Assembly (NCBI GenBank): GCA_964304625.1
Contig: OZ199840.1
Coordinates: forward strand, 5,321,200-5,385,199
DNA length: 64,000 nt
Reading direction: 5' to 3'
From: Kudoa neothunni
Taxonomy: Eukaryota; Animalia; Cnidaria
Shown here piece after piece: positions 39,858 through 52,576 of the stretch. The stretch's first letter is position 1. Each line of letters begins with the position of its first letter. Both the position numbers and the translations under genes were made by a program. The notes under the pieces were generated by a model. The model was not told where the DNA came from and searched no databases. It worked only from the letters and a program-made list of their open reading frames with translations.

Positions 39858-40802
39858 ATGAAGTCATTTACTATTATTCTATTTGTGGCTATATGTAATT
39901 ATAATAATGTCACTATCTGTTAATACATTTCAAGATTCTAGATTGTCGAAAGTAACTATTCAAGATTTAAAAGTATGAAAAAATTTAATATACTTCAACC
40001 AAGAAAACCCCTTTTCAAATATGTGAATTTAGCTTCAACTAACTGACGGTGCAAAAGCGGAATGGTTAACATCATTCATCTATTTGAGTAAACAAGGAAT
40101 TTTCACCGAGAGTGAAGTAATATGAGATCATTTAAAAGAATAACGTTTGATAGTTGAAAAAAATATATTACTTGAGCAAAAATGCGAATTATGGCTTCAA
40201 AATTTTCCCAAATCATCAAGATTTGTGCAAATATTGGGCTGTTTGCAATGGTGACCAATGTAAAAATTTTAAAATAAAATTTTGGTTTATTATCAATTAG
40301 TAATCGCTTTTCAATCTGATAAACATTGTTCAACGTGCGTGGGTACTATTTATAACATCTTAAATGAATAATCTACTACCGATTATTTAGCTTACTGTTT
40401 ACACAGTAAGTTGGGAAACGGAAAGGAAAAAACCAGCTGGATTATTTAGAAAAGTAAAGAACATCACCAATCCTTGATTTTTTTAAATTATTAAATAAAA
40501 TTATTTAATTGGTAGAGTTGGCATACGATTTATGAAGAATCAAAACATTTCTGCATCAGAGAAATATTTTGTTTTCCAATACCCCAAGAAGCACCAGAAC
40601 CTTCACGTAGATGTATATATTGTTCTCTTTAAAATGACACATATGTATATGAATATTTTCTTAGTAATTTAATTATTTAGGTGACACGTTAAGAGACACA
40701 ATCCACGATCGACCTGACACTATTAGAGTTCCCACACAGGATATTCCATCATTTAATAATTTTCGTGTACGAGAAGTACAACTTGCGTACACCGCGCCTT
40801 AG
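39858..40802 (+). CDS. Cys-rich secreted family paralog 6 (8 exons, intact)
   Basis: MKSFTIILFVAIYSRLSKVTIQDLK/LQLTDGAKAEWLTSFIYLSKQGIFTESE/LKKIYYLSKNANYGFKIFPNHQDLCKYWAVCNGDQ/LIAFQSDKHCSTC/LTVYTVSWETERKKPAGLFRK/SWHTIYEESKHFCIREIFCFPIPQEAPEPSRR/CDTLRD...FRVREVQLAYTAP*. Confidence 0.85.
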
Positions 40803-41030
40803 TTTTCATTAATAAAATTGGAGGGTTTCTCTATATTTTGGTTTTTTGTCGCTAGAATTGAATAATTACTGTTATTTATAACATAATATGCTACAATATT
40901 AAATAATTCCATGAAGAAATATTTATTTCTCCAACAGCAATAACAGATATGTTATTATAGAATTAAAAAAAATCATACAGTGATATGTTAATTAATATTA
41001 ATATTTAGATTTTAATTATGTTTATAAAAC

Positions 41031-41945
41031 ACTAGCGCAAACTGCCCAGCTTCGCAAAGGATTGGGAAAATTTCATCATAGAAGAATACGTTGAAAAAAT
41101 AATGAAATATAAGACTATGGAATAGACCAAATGAGAAATTAAATAAATCATTATTTTGTATATCATTTTTAACGATTGTCTTATGGATAGCAAATAATTG
41201 AGATAATTAATTTTTATTGCTCAAGTTAATATCTTTATCCGACACGTTTTTATACACCCTCTTCTCAAAACTGTTGCGTAGCCTCTTAATATAAGCGAAA
41301 ATATGTTAAATAATTATATAAAGTAAGATTTTAAACTATACATTAACTCATACCGTTTAAAATTAAGTCTACCGGTGGCAATAATGAAATTTGGGGGCTT
41401 AGTTTCAGTATGCAACGATTGAATCCATCGGATTATAACATACGTTTCCAATTCTTCCTTAATTTAGAAAATTTTCATATTTTTGCTATATTAAATGCCA
41501 CCTATAGAACGTCTATAGTGTACTTATCAAGACAAATATATAAAATTTCCAAAAATAAGGAGTGTATTTAAGCACACATCCAAGTTGAACATCTACTTTA
41601 AATGTAGAGGTAGATAAACGATATAAGATTTATCTTAAAATCGTGGATATATAGCTCAAGTTTGATCCACTAAAAACGTTCAAAATAACTTTCAGAAGTT
41701 CGGTGTACATAAGTGTCATCATGAATAAACAAACCTAACACCGAGGACAACACAATTTTCTATATTATTTTTGAACTATAGTCAGTGTAATAAAAAATGA
41801 GAGAATTTTTGAATTATTTGAAATTATTAAAAGTTACATAAATATCTATTTAAAAGGAAAAGTTTTTAGCCGCAAATGACACATGGGTACTTGGGACACA
41901 CGCATTGACAGACAAGAACTTTGTATATATAGGAGATAATAGATT
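41031..41945 (+). mobile_element. Possible non-autonomous Helitron/Helentron-type element
   Basis: 5' actagcgcaaactgcccagcttcgc and 3' gacagacaagaactttgtatatataggagat resemble the ends of DINE-1/Lep1-type elements. No coding remnant. Confidence 0.4.
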
Positions 41946-41949
41946 TAAA

Positions 41950-43520
41950 AGTTGATTGATTGCATTTATAGAACGAAGTTCTTTATTCAGTCATGACCGG
42001 AATTTTAGATGTTTAGTCCGTATACAGTAATCCAATATTTAAATAAAATAATATTTCAACAAGAATATTAATCTTAATCATATTTATTTTCCGACGATAA
42101 AAAAATTCAAAATACTTACTATTTTTCTTATTAGTTATAACTCTTTATACTTCCGATTTATTCAAAATAAATTTATTTAACACTGAGTAATAATCCGATT
42201 AGACAGAAAATATGAATTTACACTCCAGGCATCCTTGTAAGTAATAGATTTAAGAATTGATTTGAATTAAAAAAATGTAATTTAAATGGACTCTGTTTTT
42301 ATTAAATAATACTCTTACATGATATATTCCATTTTTAATAAACATTCTTAAACCTATTTTTGAATACTTGATTACAATATTCCTTTAAATCTAAAGTTGG
42401 TACACAAATTTATAACCTTCTATAAATTAGAATTTTAAAAAATAATAATTTTCGTATATCTGATATGAGTACTCATTAACATGATACATGATTAACGCTT
42501 TAGCTGATAATATTTCGAGGTAAATTGCAATCGTTAGGTATATGCATAGAAAAGCTAATTGTTATTAATGCGGTAAATTATAAAAATAAGTGATTACTAT
42601 TTGAAGAATCATTGTTTTATTTAAATATATTAGTTAATTCATGTTATAATAATAATAATAATAATACGGAGGAAACATTATAATTATTAATTACAGAAAA
42701 TATAAATTTTTAAAATTGCATATAATATTTTAGTAACAATTCTATTATTAAAAAAATTCAAAATTTAATTAAATGGAAAGATTTTTTAACTACGCTCAAA
42801 TTACAATAGACCAGGGTTATTACGCACATTTATAGTGTCGAAAATTCAAAATATACCAATTCAATATAGATATAAATCGTGAGATAAGAGTAAAATATAT
42901 CTTTAAATATAATTCTAGAATTAGAAAATAATTTTTTCGTTGGAAAAATAGGAGTGCATGCTTATTGCTCATTTCATGGTCACTACGCACCTGAAATCTA
43001 TTGTTTGATCACATTGATATGGTTAATACGCAAAAGTTGGATAGGATAAATTATCGCTTACTTGAAATAAACATGTAGATTATTAAATAATTGGAAAAAT
43101 TAGAAAATAAAAGTGGCAATAAAGTCAACATCTTTAAACTCTCCGGCCTTAAATCAGTCACTACATTGAATACAACTGTATTAATAAAATCAAAATTATT
43201 TTCAGTTGTTATATCAAGTGATTTAAGCTTTTGTCGCAAAATTCGTATAACAAAATTCAAACTACTCAATATTTGAATGAATGGATCGAACTTTTGAGAT
43301 CGAGAAATATAAAGCTATCCAGATAGTACAATATAACAGGAAAATAAATTAGCCATTGGCATAAACGAAGACACGAAAGACAACACTCCTATAACTGCCG
43401 GTCAAGGACAGCTCCATGAGTTTTCTCCTAGAATTAGTCTAAAAATGAACAAATTTAATAAAAAATTTTAAAGAAATTATTCAAGGTCCATCACACCTAA
43501 ATGCTGGAACACATTACAAA
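41950..43520 (-). pseudogene. Possible decayed sugar-porter (SLC2/GLUT-like MFS) gene, C-terminal half
   Basis: Minus-strand fragments occur in sugar-porter order: LILGENSW..PAVIGVLSF, ILRQKLKSLDITTE, KQ*ISG (QQLSG-like), ITISFS...LPRNIIS, and MTE..SINAINQLL (PETKG-like). Many stops. Confidence 0.35.
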
Positions 43521-43774
43521 ATTAAATTTTGTGGTTTGGAAAATAAAATTAATTTCGTTTTAAACAAGTGAAATAACAAATTTCTTGTTGAAAAAATATT
43601 TCTGTCTTAAACTACCTTATTTAATTTGAAAAAATTCTGTGAATAATAAAAAATTATTACGAAAGTTTTTCACGTCTATTAAAATTATTATTAGTGCTAT
43701 GAAAGAATAAATAAAAAAATTTATATTGTTTTTATTTTTTCATAGGTTTGAAAAAATTCTCTTTCAATTATATT

Positions 43775-44534
43775 ATGAAGTTTATTTTCATATTATAACG
43801 TGGATTATACAAGGTTCTAATTATAAAATAGCATCTTTATTTGATAGTAGATTTAGAATGCATTAAAATATCATCACAACATATTCAAGTAATTAAGATC
43901 GCTATTGATATATTAATTATTTTTATTAGCTTAAATTTGTTGGTTGCGGTCTGAAACACATGCTAAAAGCAATCGAAAAAATTTAAATGCATACAATATT
44001 CGTAGAATACCCTAGGAAAGTACTCTGCGGATTACCAATTAAAAATTTATAATAATTATGTAGATGTTGATAGTCCAAAAAGTTCTAATGAATGTTGGAG
44101 AAGAATTTGACGGATATCCTAGACATATTAACTTTTGCAAGATTCATTTCTTTTGTTATAAAGATAAAGGTAAATTTTTACCTTTGTGAAATTTTAAAAT
44201 ATATTATTTACACAGTGGAGTCAGTACGCTATAAACGGGCCTGCTCGCCCTGTATTGTAATTTATTATTTTCTATAAGTTCTCAATATATTCTAGCTATT
44301 TATATATAAGTTTAAAAATATGTTTGAGACAAATCGCAAAAATTGATATTAATTAGGCTTAGCGTTTGAAATAATTTTTAACAAAAAATATATATTGTTT
44401 GTTTCATTCTTATTCATTTAGAGATTCATGATAAGAATGAAGAGTGTGGGAAGCAACACAATGATGATATTTTGAATAATCTTATAGCTGGATATGAATA
44501 TATAGAGGTGACTGTCGAAATTAAGTCACCTTAA
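43775..44534 (+). pseudogene. Cys-rich secreted family paralog 7 (pseudogene)
   Basis: Exon 1 frameshift in a T run, in-frame TAA in exon 3 (AIEKI*MH), exon 7 not found. Retains FDGYPRHINFCKIHFFCYKDK/VESVRYKRACSPCI and last exon ...GYEYIEVTVEIKSP*. Confidence 0.78.
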
Positions 44535-44609
44535 CTTCTAAAACAAATAATAATTAGTCAGATCAGGTTTTGTTTTGTGCAACATTTTCTGTCTTTATTT
44601 ATTTATATG

Positions 44610-45300
44610 ATAATTAACCATCTAAGTCATATAAAAATTTACACCCTCCAAGTATAATTGGTGACCAAAAGACACCACGTTCTTATTTTATATAATATTT
44701 GAAAAAATGATAATATGTATTACATTTGAGATCACATATTTTGTATAAATATAACTCAAAATTTAACTCATTTGGTAAAATTAATTCTTTATTTAATTTG
44801 CGCTTAAAGTATTCAAAAATATCATAATCCTGGCATAGATTATTGTATAGACTACTGCATAACACAGGTAACATAGATACGCTTGTAATGTTCATTAGGG
44901 CGGAAACGACTCGTGAGAAACCCACTTAAATATGCCATAGTTCACCAATATGGCAAAAATTTCCGGATTATTTTGTTACCCAATATTTTCCACACATCAA
45001 AACGTGAAATTCGCATTATTTGGAGGAATTTATGTAATGAGAATAAATCACGATATATCATTCCTTCTTCTAACCCAAATATCTCTATAACCGATTCCCG
45101 ATTATCCCTGTGATATCTCATCAGAAATAAACAGCTAATAAACCCATCCAATTCGATCCATCTATCACCAAAAATTTTTCCACCTATGTAGTGTTATATC
45201 AACTATATAAAGCAAACTGGAAATCCATGGTTGTACGCATTTTTCATTAATTATAGAGAGACATATCGCTCTATTTCAGCATACATGTGGAAAGAGAAAA
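44610..45300 (-). mobile_element. Decayed piggyBac transposase fragment
   Basis: ELDGFISCLFLM...GMIYRDLFSLHKFLQIMRISRFD...W...RFRPNEH...KICDLKCNTYYHFFKYY follows the piggyBac core order. Confidence 0.6.
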
Positions 45301-45529
45301 TTTTATTTTAACGCAGAAAAATACTTAAAAAATTATAAAAAATTTGCATCAAACAAAATAACCAAAAACATTTTCGCGTGGTATGATTGGTATGAGTTGA
45401 GGATTTATGCAAACATATATATCATTTCGTTAATGTTTTAAAAAGTTAATTTTATACGTACCATAGTGTTTATTTTACTTTAAATTTATTAAAAAGTCAT
45501 TTAATCATTGAATTAAATCAAATATTAGT

Positions 45530-46130
45530 ATGAAGTCCATTTGTTGATGTTTGGCATGATTATTTATATTCAAATGGTATGATTTATAGGTTACTGTGAA
45601 CGACAAGGAGAAACTCTACATTTTAGGAACTCTATAGAGGAAATTTCAAACGCTCAGTAGTGTTAATTCATTTTTAAAAATCTTAAATAAGGTTTATGCG
45701 TTCAATGAGTTAAATAAATCATCAATTAAATAGGTAATCTTTGTACTATTTATCTAAATACTCTGAATTTACTTTGAATTTAAAATGACCTTGGCCTACT
45801 CAAGGCTTTAGTCTGCGTGACTTTTGCGCTAGTAAAACATACATTAATTACCAATTATTTAAAAAAGCAGATCATTCCTTTGTCGACGTGTAAAAACTGC
45901 CATAATTGTGTACTGTTTTTCCTATAAGTCTCCATATCCTTAGTTAATAGATATATCAACATTTTTAATTTAAATAGCACAAATAAAAATATTTTATTTA
46001 ATAAATAGTAAAAAAGTGATTATTAATCAAGTAAAGAATCCTTTAGGTTTAAATTAAAAAAAACCGCCAGTTCCAAATTTTCCGAATATTCGAGATTTGA
46101 TTGTAGATGTAATATTAGTAGGAGATTTTG
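45530..46130 (+). pseudogene. Decayed paralog of the Cys-rich family
   Basis: Exon-3-like VTVNDKEKLYILGTL*, exon-4-like WPTQGFSLRDFCASK, and a 14-aa exon-5-like IIPLSTCKNCHNCV after an AG acceptor. Confidence 0.45.
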
Positions 46131-46329
46131 TAAATTTTAAGTGAATCAGAGTTAAAATAAGGTAGAAAATTGCCAAAGTAAGACACATGATTAATCGGTC
46201 TTAGTATTTTTTATTGATTAGTTTTTATTCTCAATGACTGACCAATTTTCGTTGAAAGTGGATGTATAATTATTAATATAAAATTAAAATGTAATAGAAT
46301 GGTCTTCCATTGTGAGGAGGCAAAAACCT

Positions 46330-46950
46330 ACTACCTTACTATATTGCTATTTAAGTGCTATAAATTAACATACGTAATGGGATTTTAAAATACAGCCAAG
46401 AATTCCATTCGAACATCCAATATACGCAGACTAAAACTATTTAATAATTAGAAACCCATTTTATGTATCAACACATTAATAACCGGATTTGATTTAATGA
46501 ATGTGGTTCGAGAATATGAAGTATTGCGTATATATTTATAAGGTATAAAGTATCAGAAAAGATATATCTAATCATTTAACTAATGTTTGATCCTGTAACA
46601 TAGATTAACAATGTCAATCCTTTGTTACAATAATAAAAAGTATGATGTGTGGTGAGGCAAATAATTTTTTATGACAAGGCTAACTCCTTTGATTTAATCT
46701 ACAAAAATTGCATATATTCTTGTACCAGAAACCAAGCGATGTAAAATTAATTTTTTTAACGCAAAACGTATATAAAAGTGGTCAGGTGATTATTTTTTAT
46801 GGACTTTTTTCCGGATCCGAGAGGATTTCTTAAAACTAACCATTGACTGTATTTTCTCTCAAAAAACAAATGTTTTTAGGTGTTCTTAAAGTGAAAAATT
46901 CGTTTGAATAATCCATTCATTGATATGATGAATTTGTGAGAATAAAATAA
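46330..46950 (+). pseudogene. Decayed paralog of the Cys-rich family
   Basis: Exon-4-like end ILCYNNK|gt, exon-5-like STKNCIYSC, exon-6-like ag|VIIFYGLFSGSERIS. Multiple stops. Confidence 0.4.
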
Positions 46951-47810
46951 TCAAATTCTTTATAATTTTAATTATTTTTCAATTTTTTATAATTATAAGT
47001 ATTTCTTAAACAAACCACGTATAGTATATAGTATATTACAGTTAAGATAGAATAATTGAGATAAATTGATGTGATTATAATTTTAGTAGAATATGCCAAC
47101 CATAAGCTGATGGATACCAAATATTATTTTTAAAATAATAATTTTTAAAACATTCAAAAATTATAGTTTAAGGTAATTTTTGAAATAACGTTTAAAAATA
47201 TTTTTTTTAATTATTAATATTAATTTAATCTGATTTTAGTAATTAAATATTTTCCTGATATACATTTATATTTCAAACAATAAAAAATGAATTAATATTT
47301 AAAAATTGTATGAAAAATGATTTTAATATTATAAATTATCTTTAAAAAATATATATCTAATCTTAGTACGATTTTTAAGAATTGTTGGCTATATAAATGT
47401 CATATTAATTTAAGAAATAACAGACCTCAATTAATACAAGTATAATTTAGTACTTGAAAAATAATTTATTCATTTTGGTAACCTAATTAAATCCTTTTCC
47501 TAATATATGATAATTAATTAAATTATTCATGAAAACATTATTTTTGAACATTTTATTACGAGTTAATAATAGTTATTTTTTATTCATGTTAAAAATTTAT
47601 AAGTTTTTTTGAATACTTTGAATTTTAAAATTTTTTAGATTTTATTTTTTTGTTTACAGATAGATTGAAAACAGAGATATATAATTGACTAACGAATTTA
47701 AAAAATTATCTTTAATAATTTATATTTTAACGACAAAAGTTTTTGTTTAGAATATAATTCTAGATAAGATAACAACAATCCATATAAACTTAAGGGACCA
47801 TACCATCAAA

Positions 47811-48672
47811 ATGATATTTCAAAAATTAATAAACATACTTATTCTAGGTAATTGAAAATAGAAATAAATGTCTTATTTAATTTAGGTTCGATGTTATTAA
47901 AGTCTTCGTCACAAAAAACTAAAGTGATTTTAATGTTTTTAGTTATTAATTTATACAAATAGATGATTTTTGTTGGAAACGGGCTGACCCAAATATTGAG
48001 AGCGATAGAAAGTGTCAAAATAAATAGAAATATTAGAAGAGACATTAGAAAAGTAATTTAAACAACTAATTATTAAGTTAATATCAATCTGCAGCTGATG
48101 GTCATTGACAACGCGTTGATCGATTTGAATGAAGCATTCAGCGATTTCCCCTATCGCCCAACCTTATGTTCTCTTCACTTCGTATGCAATAAAAATAGGA
48201 GTAAGCATTCTATTTATTTCCGAAATATATGAAAAAATTATTAAATAGTAACCTGGATAAAAAATCCAAAAACCTGTTCTCCCTGCATTGTAATTTATTA
48301 TTTGCTACAAGGTTTTAAGATTTATAGCTGTTTAATTTCCTTTATTATAAAAATGTATTGCTGGAAGGAAGAGATATGAGTTCGCATGTAATTATTTATA
48401 TTTTATATAAAAATTATAAGATTGTCTTAAATATTTTATAATAACTGGTTGTAGGAGAGGAAAGAGTTCTATGAGAGCGCTAAGAGGTTCTGCATTCGAG
48501 AATATTTATGTGAAGAATTTGAAGGTAATTTTACCTTTATAAGAGTTGAATTATAGTTTACAGTCTCAATATATAATTTTAAAATGATAACTTTGTAATA
48601 ACGTTTTATTTAGAGGAACCAAGTAGAACGAATGAATGTTTACCGTCAATTCTTCCGAATTTCGAATATTAA
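47811..48672 (+). CDS. Cys-rich secreted family paralog 8 (8 exons; short last exon as assembled)
   Basis: MIFQKLINILILGSMLLKSSSQKTK/MIFVGNGLTQILRAIESVKINRNIRRDIRK/LMVIDNALIDLNEAFSDFPYRPTLCSLHFVCNKNR/ITWIKNPKTCSPCI/LFNFLYYKNVLLEGRDMSSH/ERKEFYESAKRFCIREYLCEEFE/EEPSRTNECLPSILPNFEY*. Confidence 0.83.
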
Positions 48673-50334
48673 TCCTACAATAATACAGCGTTATGCCTAT
48701 TGAAAATTATAACTGAATTATATGAAATCGAAATCACATTAGATAAAATATTTTTTTCAAAAAAATGCTTTATTTGCTGAGGGTAATTAATTATATCATG
48801 AAGATTCTGAATTACTATAAATAAATGATTACAATCGCTTAATTAAGAAAATAAATATTTTTATTCAAGAAAATATAATTATCAACATTTTTCGTTTTTG
48901 ATTTTTGAGTAAAAATTTATTTTATTACATTTGATATCCAGCAACAAAATTTAAACGTGTTTTTAAAAACGGTATAATATTAGTTATTTAATCCTTAACA
49001 AATAGACAATTTTTTAGCGCGAATTTCCAAGCTCTGCCTAGAATGGGGATAATTTTTCTATGAAAAATATCTTAACCAATTCATTTCAAAATTTTGATTT
49101 TCCACCTAGAGATAATTTATTAAAAAATGGTTAGTTATAGAGATTTAATAAGTTAAAATGATCCAAAAATCTGCATTTGGCATTATCATCAAATTCCAGG
49201 AAAAAATAAATATTAAATAAAAATTCTGATCGTATACACAATAATGACGTTAAAAAGTTCACGCTGCCTTTAAATGCATTGAATATTTATTTGATTTCAG
49301 TTTTGTAAACAATAACGTAGTGCAAACAATATGCTTACAAGATCAATTTTTTGTGTATGCGCGCCTATATTATAGTTAATTTCTCATTTTCAAAACCATT
49401 CCATATCTATAGATATCTAAAGCTGAAACTTTAATATGTAACAAGTTGAGTTATAGGATATATTTTTTCTTTTAAGTAGATATATTATTGTGATTTTTGA
49501 TAATCACTCATAAATTGGTTATGTTTCATATTTGTTAACATATAAACAAAAATTTTACAATATTAGATTTATCTATACATTTTCTTAATTTTCTTAGAAC
49601 TGACGACTTCATTAATAATAAATCAACATTATATTTTAGATAAACATTTAATTCCAATAGGAAATTAATTTATGGTTGATTATACGATGTTTCTATTTAT
49701 TAGAGGAATTCTTACGTGTGTGTTTAGTATAACATTCAATAAACATACAAATTTTGTTAATATAAATTCAAAAAATTATTATTTCAATAGATTTATTAGT
49801 TATAGTTAATTTTATGTGGACCAATATTAACAATAACTTTAATTTACAAACTATATGTACCCGGCGTGATATTCTTAGTTCTTATATTTTGCCGAATTTG
49901 TCGTTATCAAGTTTTGACATATAAAAAAACTTATAAATAAATATAAATATAGCTTATTATTTTTTTTCAATATATTACAGATACTACATGGTCAAAAAAT
50001 TAAATTCTAACATTTTAAAAAATTAGGTTTCTGAATTTCAATGATAAAAATTGAATAAATTCATAATTTCTAATATAAATGTAATAGAAAAATTTAAAAA
50101 CTAAAACAAACCTTACAACATCAAGGCCTACTTTTTAAAATTCTAAAAGTATTTTTATCATAGTGAAACTTGAAGTGTTTTTGTAAAATCTGCTTTTTAA
50201 AGTTATTTTATATAAAATTGTTACATATCAATAGTAAAAATCTAAATAATAATAATAATCAATAACTTTTGAGTTATTGACTAAGAAAGAAAAAAATAAT
50301 TCAATGTTTGGTGAAAAAAGATGGACATTGTGCA

Positions 50335-50505
50335 TGTATCCGACCGCATTCGGATGAATAATTTTTAAATTTTGTAGTTTTTATTTTGAGCTGAATTTTT
50401 GCTCTTCATATTCTTTTAGTTTATTATCAAGAATAGTGAAAAAAGAAATTCGAAAAAACGTGCGCAAGAGGACGTTTTTAAGGTGCCGCATACTTTACCA
50501 TCACC
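50335..50505 (-). repeat. Tc1/mariner-type terminal segment, homologue of 9751-9935
   Basis: ccgcatactttaccatcacca and ttttgagctgaatttt match the reverse complement of 9751-9935. Confidence 0.6.
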
Positions 50506-50780
50506 AAAATATGCAAATATACAAGTATGAAAATATGCAAAAGTGCTATAGATTGGGAATTTATTTTAGTCTTTCTTTGTTTAAAACATTGTATAAATTG
50601 ATAATAGGATCTAAATTATACGAATAAAAAAATACATTTTTGAAATCGGTTTTGCCAAAAACCGAACCGATCTTAACCCCAAGTTTTGTTCATCAACTAC
50701 ACGATTTTATTAATGTAAAGATTAGAAAACATTAGTTCTAAAACTTCAACTAACCAATAAAATTATTGATTCGATGGCAT

Positions 50781-52090
50781 GGTGAAATTTCGCCGGCATA
50801 GCCGCGTACGCTTCCACACAAAACGCGTTTACGATTTAACTAACATGTATGATGAATCTAATTCTAATTAACCGAATTATTTGCTATTTAAAACCATAAG
50901 AAATGGGGAAAAAATCATGTTCAATAGATTTTGTTACGTGAAGGATTGTTCTAACGGTAATCATCAATATTGGAGATGTCTATATAGAACATGCAAAGGA
51001 AGACTGAGAACATCTCCATTGGATGATATCTTACAAATTGAAAAAAGTGGAACCCATAATCATTCTCTATCGGATAACGAAATAAAAAATAATTCTAAAT
51101 CAAAAAATCAAGGATTTGGCTGAAAATATCAAAAATTCGGTCGACAAAAATATACAAAATTCAAGAAAATAACTCCATTGATGTTAACTACAAACCCAAT
51201 TTATTTGAATTAAATATCAAATCATTAAGAAATGAAGCTTTGATCCTATACGATACGATTGGGGTTCCAAGGACTTTGAGCGTATCATCATTTTTTTCTA
51301 CTCCCCAAAATCTGGTACATTTGAATAATGCCGACGTATGGATAGTGGATGGAACGTTCAAAATGGTGCCAAGAGAGTTTTCACAATTACGCATTATTCA
51401 TGGAAAGATATTGGGGCAAAGATTTTCCGCTTATTTATTTATTAATGGCAAATATAACAGAATGCACGTATACCGAAGTTTTGTCCATTTTCGAGGATAA
51501 TAAAGTGAAGTTTCCAAAATTGTTGATAATAGACTTTGATCTTCAAGTATTCAATGCTTCTAAAAAAGCATCAAAAAAATATACATAAAATTCTGTCTTT
51601 TCCATTTTGGAAAATACATTTGGAGACGGATACGAATAAAAAGGTTTACGAAATTATATGAAGAAAACGTTGTTTTCAAAATTTATATCAAATGTTTCCT
51701 ATCTCTGTCCTTTGTTTCAATAGAATATGTCCGTCAGGAGTTTACCAAACATAAAAATAAAAGAATCAAGTTCGTTGATATCAATTTAGCATCGTTTTAT
51801 AAACTACTCTGAAAAAAAACATCATCAATTGTTCAGAATTCATAATAGAAAATTGTAATGTTTTCGCTCGTGTCATCGATGGAATAAACCTTACCTCAAA
51901 TTCAGCGGAAGCATTCAACTGTAATTTTAAAAATAGATTTGATCGGAGCCATACAGGCTTGCATACATTTATTGAAGCATTAAAAGAAACTCAGAGTAAT
52001 ACCTAACAAAATATTCAATGTCGAATATGCTATTAGTTTTCTTTCTATATTCGTGTATTTATAATTGTACATCAAATTTCGCCGGCTAAT
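50781..52090 (+). mobile_element. Decayed MULE/Mutator transposon (FLYWCH plus MULE DDE domains)
   Basis: YWRCLYRTCKGRLRT...HNH (FLYWCH), then WIVDGTFKMVPREFSQL, PLIYLLM, IIDFD, FCLFHFGK and TSNSAEAFN. Motif aaatttcgccggc recurs at about 50785 and 52074. Confidence 0.88.
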
Positions 52091-52576
52091 ATATATATTT
52101 CTTTTATTTGGTTTCAATGAAATTTTAATTTCGTATATTAAAGTCCAGCTAATATTTTAATGTCTAAGATCATAAATCGTTGATTTAAAGAAAATTACGG
52201 GGATGAAACACAATGAAACAGATGATAACAGCACATCCAATGAAGATTAACTGGGAATTATGAATCCAATTATTTCATTTAATCAAGCCATCGAATATTC
52301 AGTAGATCTATTTAAGTTATTAAAGTAAACAAATTCGAACCTAGTTAAATACATTTGTATTTTCGGAAAGGAGGTTTACAGTATTATAATCGATTCAAGA
52401 ATGTCAACAAAAATTTGCATTTTTTAAATATTTAAAAATTGGATAACCTAAATTCGTAGTGAGATACTAGAGTCGAAAAAATACGAAACAATAAAAATAC
52501 ATATTATTGCATAAGAATATTTGTTACCACTTATTTTTATTTTCTCAATTTCTTTATAATTTTTTTAGATCTTAAA

